A DNA stretch of 63,936 nt, filler included, from Octopus bimaculoides (lineage: Eukaryota), in assembly GCF_001194135.2 (NCBI RefSeq). It is 6 parts of 6 records of this genome, joined end to end, with 100 filler letters (N's around TTAATTAATTAA, not from the genome) between each part and the next. Parts side by side here need not be neighbours in the genome. Positions count along the whole stretch, not along the records: positions 57,121 to 63,936 come from NC_068981.1; 5 more parts are not named here. One strand, given 5' to 3'. Both the position numbers and the translations under genes were made by a program. Positions within the stretch are counted from its first letter, which is position 1; each line of letters starts with the position of its first letter. The notes under the pieces are model-generated. The model saw only the letters and a program-made list of their open reading frames with translations. It was not told the DNA's origin and searched no databases. Positions 63,911 to 63,936 of this stretch are shown here, in pieces.

Positions 63911-63936
63911 TATATATATATATATATATATATATA

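Overview
AT-rich, microsatellite-dense animal genomic DNA. The SINE families and repeat style resemble coleoid cephalopod (Octopus-type) DNA; this is an inference. The assembly is fragmented: there are many N gaps, and five 44N-TTAATTAATTAA-44N spacers mark scaffold joins. Nearly all recognisable sequence is decayed mobile DNA. It includes several tRNA-derived SINE families; 3' fragments and one ~3.2 kb copy of R4/Dong-clade RLE retrotransposons sitting in (TAA)n arrays; Hero-like and RTE LINE fragments; a Penelope GIY-YIG fragment; Tc1, mariner and maT transposase relics; and a hAT MITE with an 8-bp TSD. No complete host gene is visible. The best host-gene signal is a well-bounded 75-nt plus-strand exon (43405-43479) encoding a signal-peptide-like N-terminus, with a possible non-coding upstream exon near 39075-39138. 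The most interesting structures are minimal type I hammerhead-ribozyme folds at 41208-41297 and 24603-24652, plus an atypical one at 84-119. The two clearest share a CCGANGA core variant, and one lies just downstream of the Penelope endonuclease fragment. Also notable is a same-orientation nest of R4/Dong copies in (TAA)n arrays, two of which are also SINE tails. All family calls are by eye from motifs, without database searches, and element boundaries are approximate.
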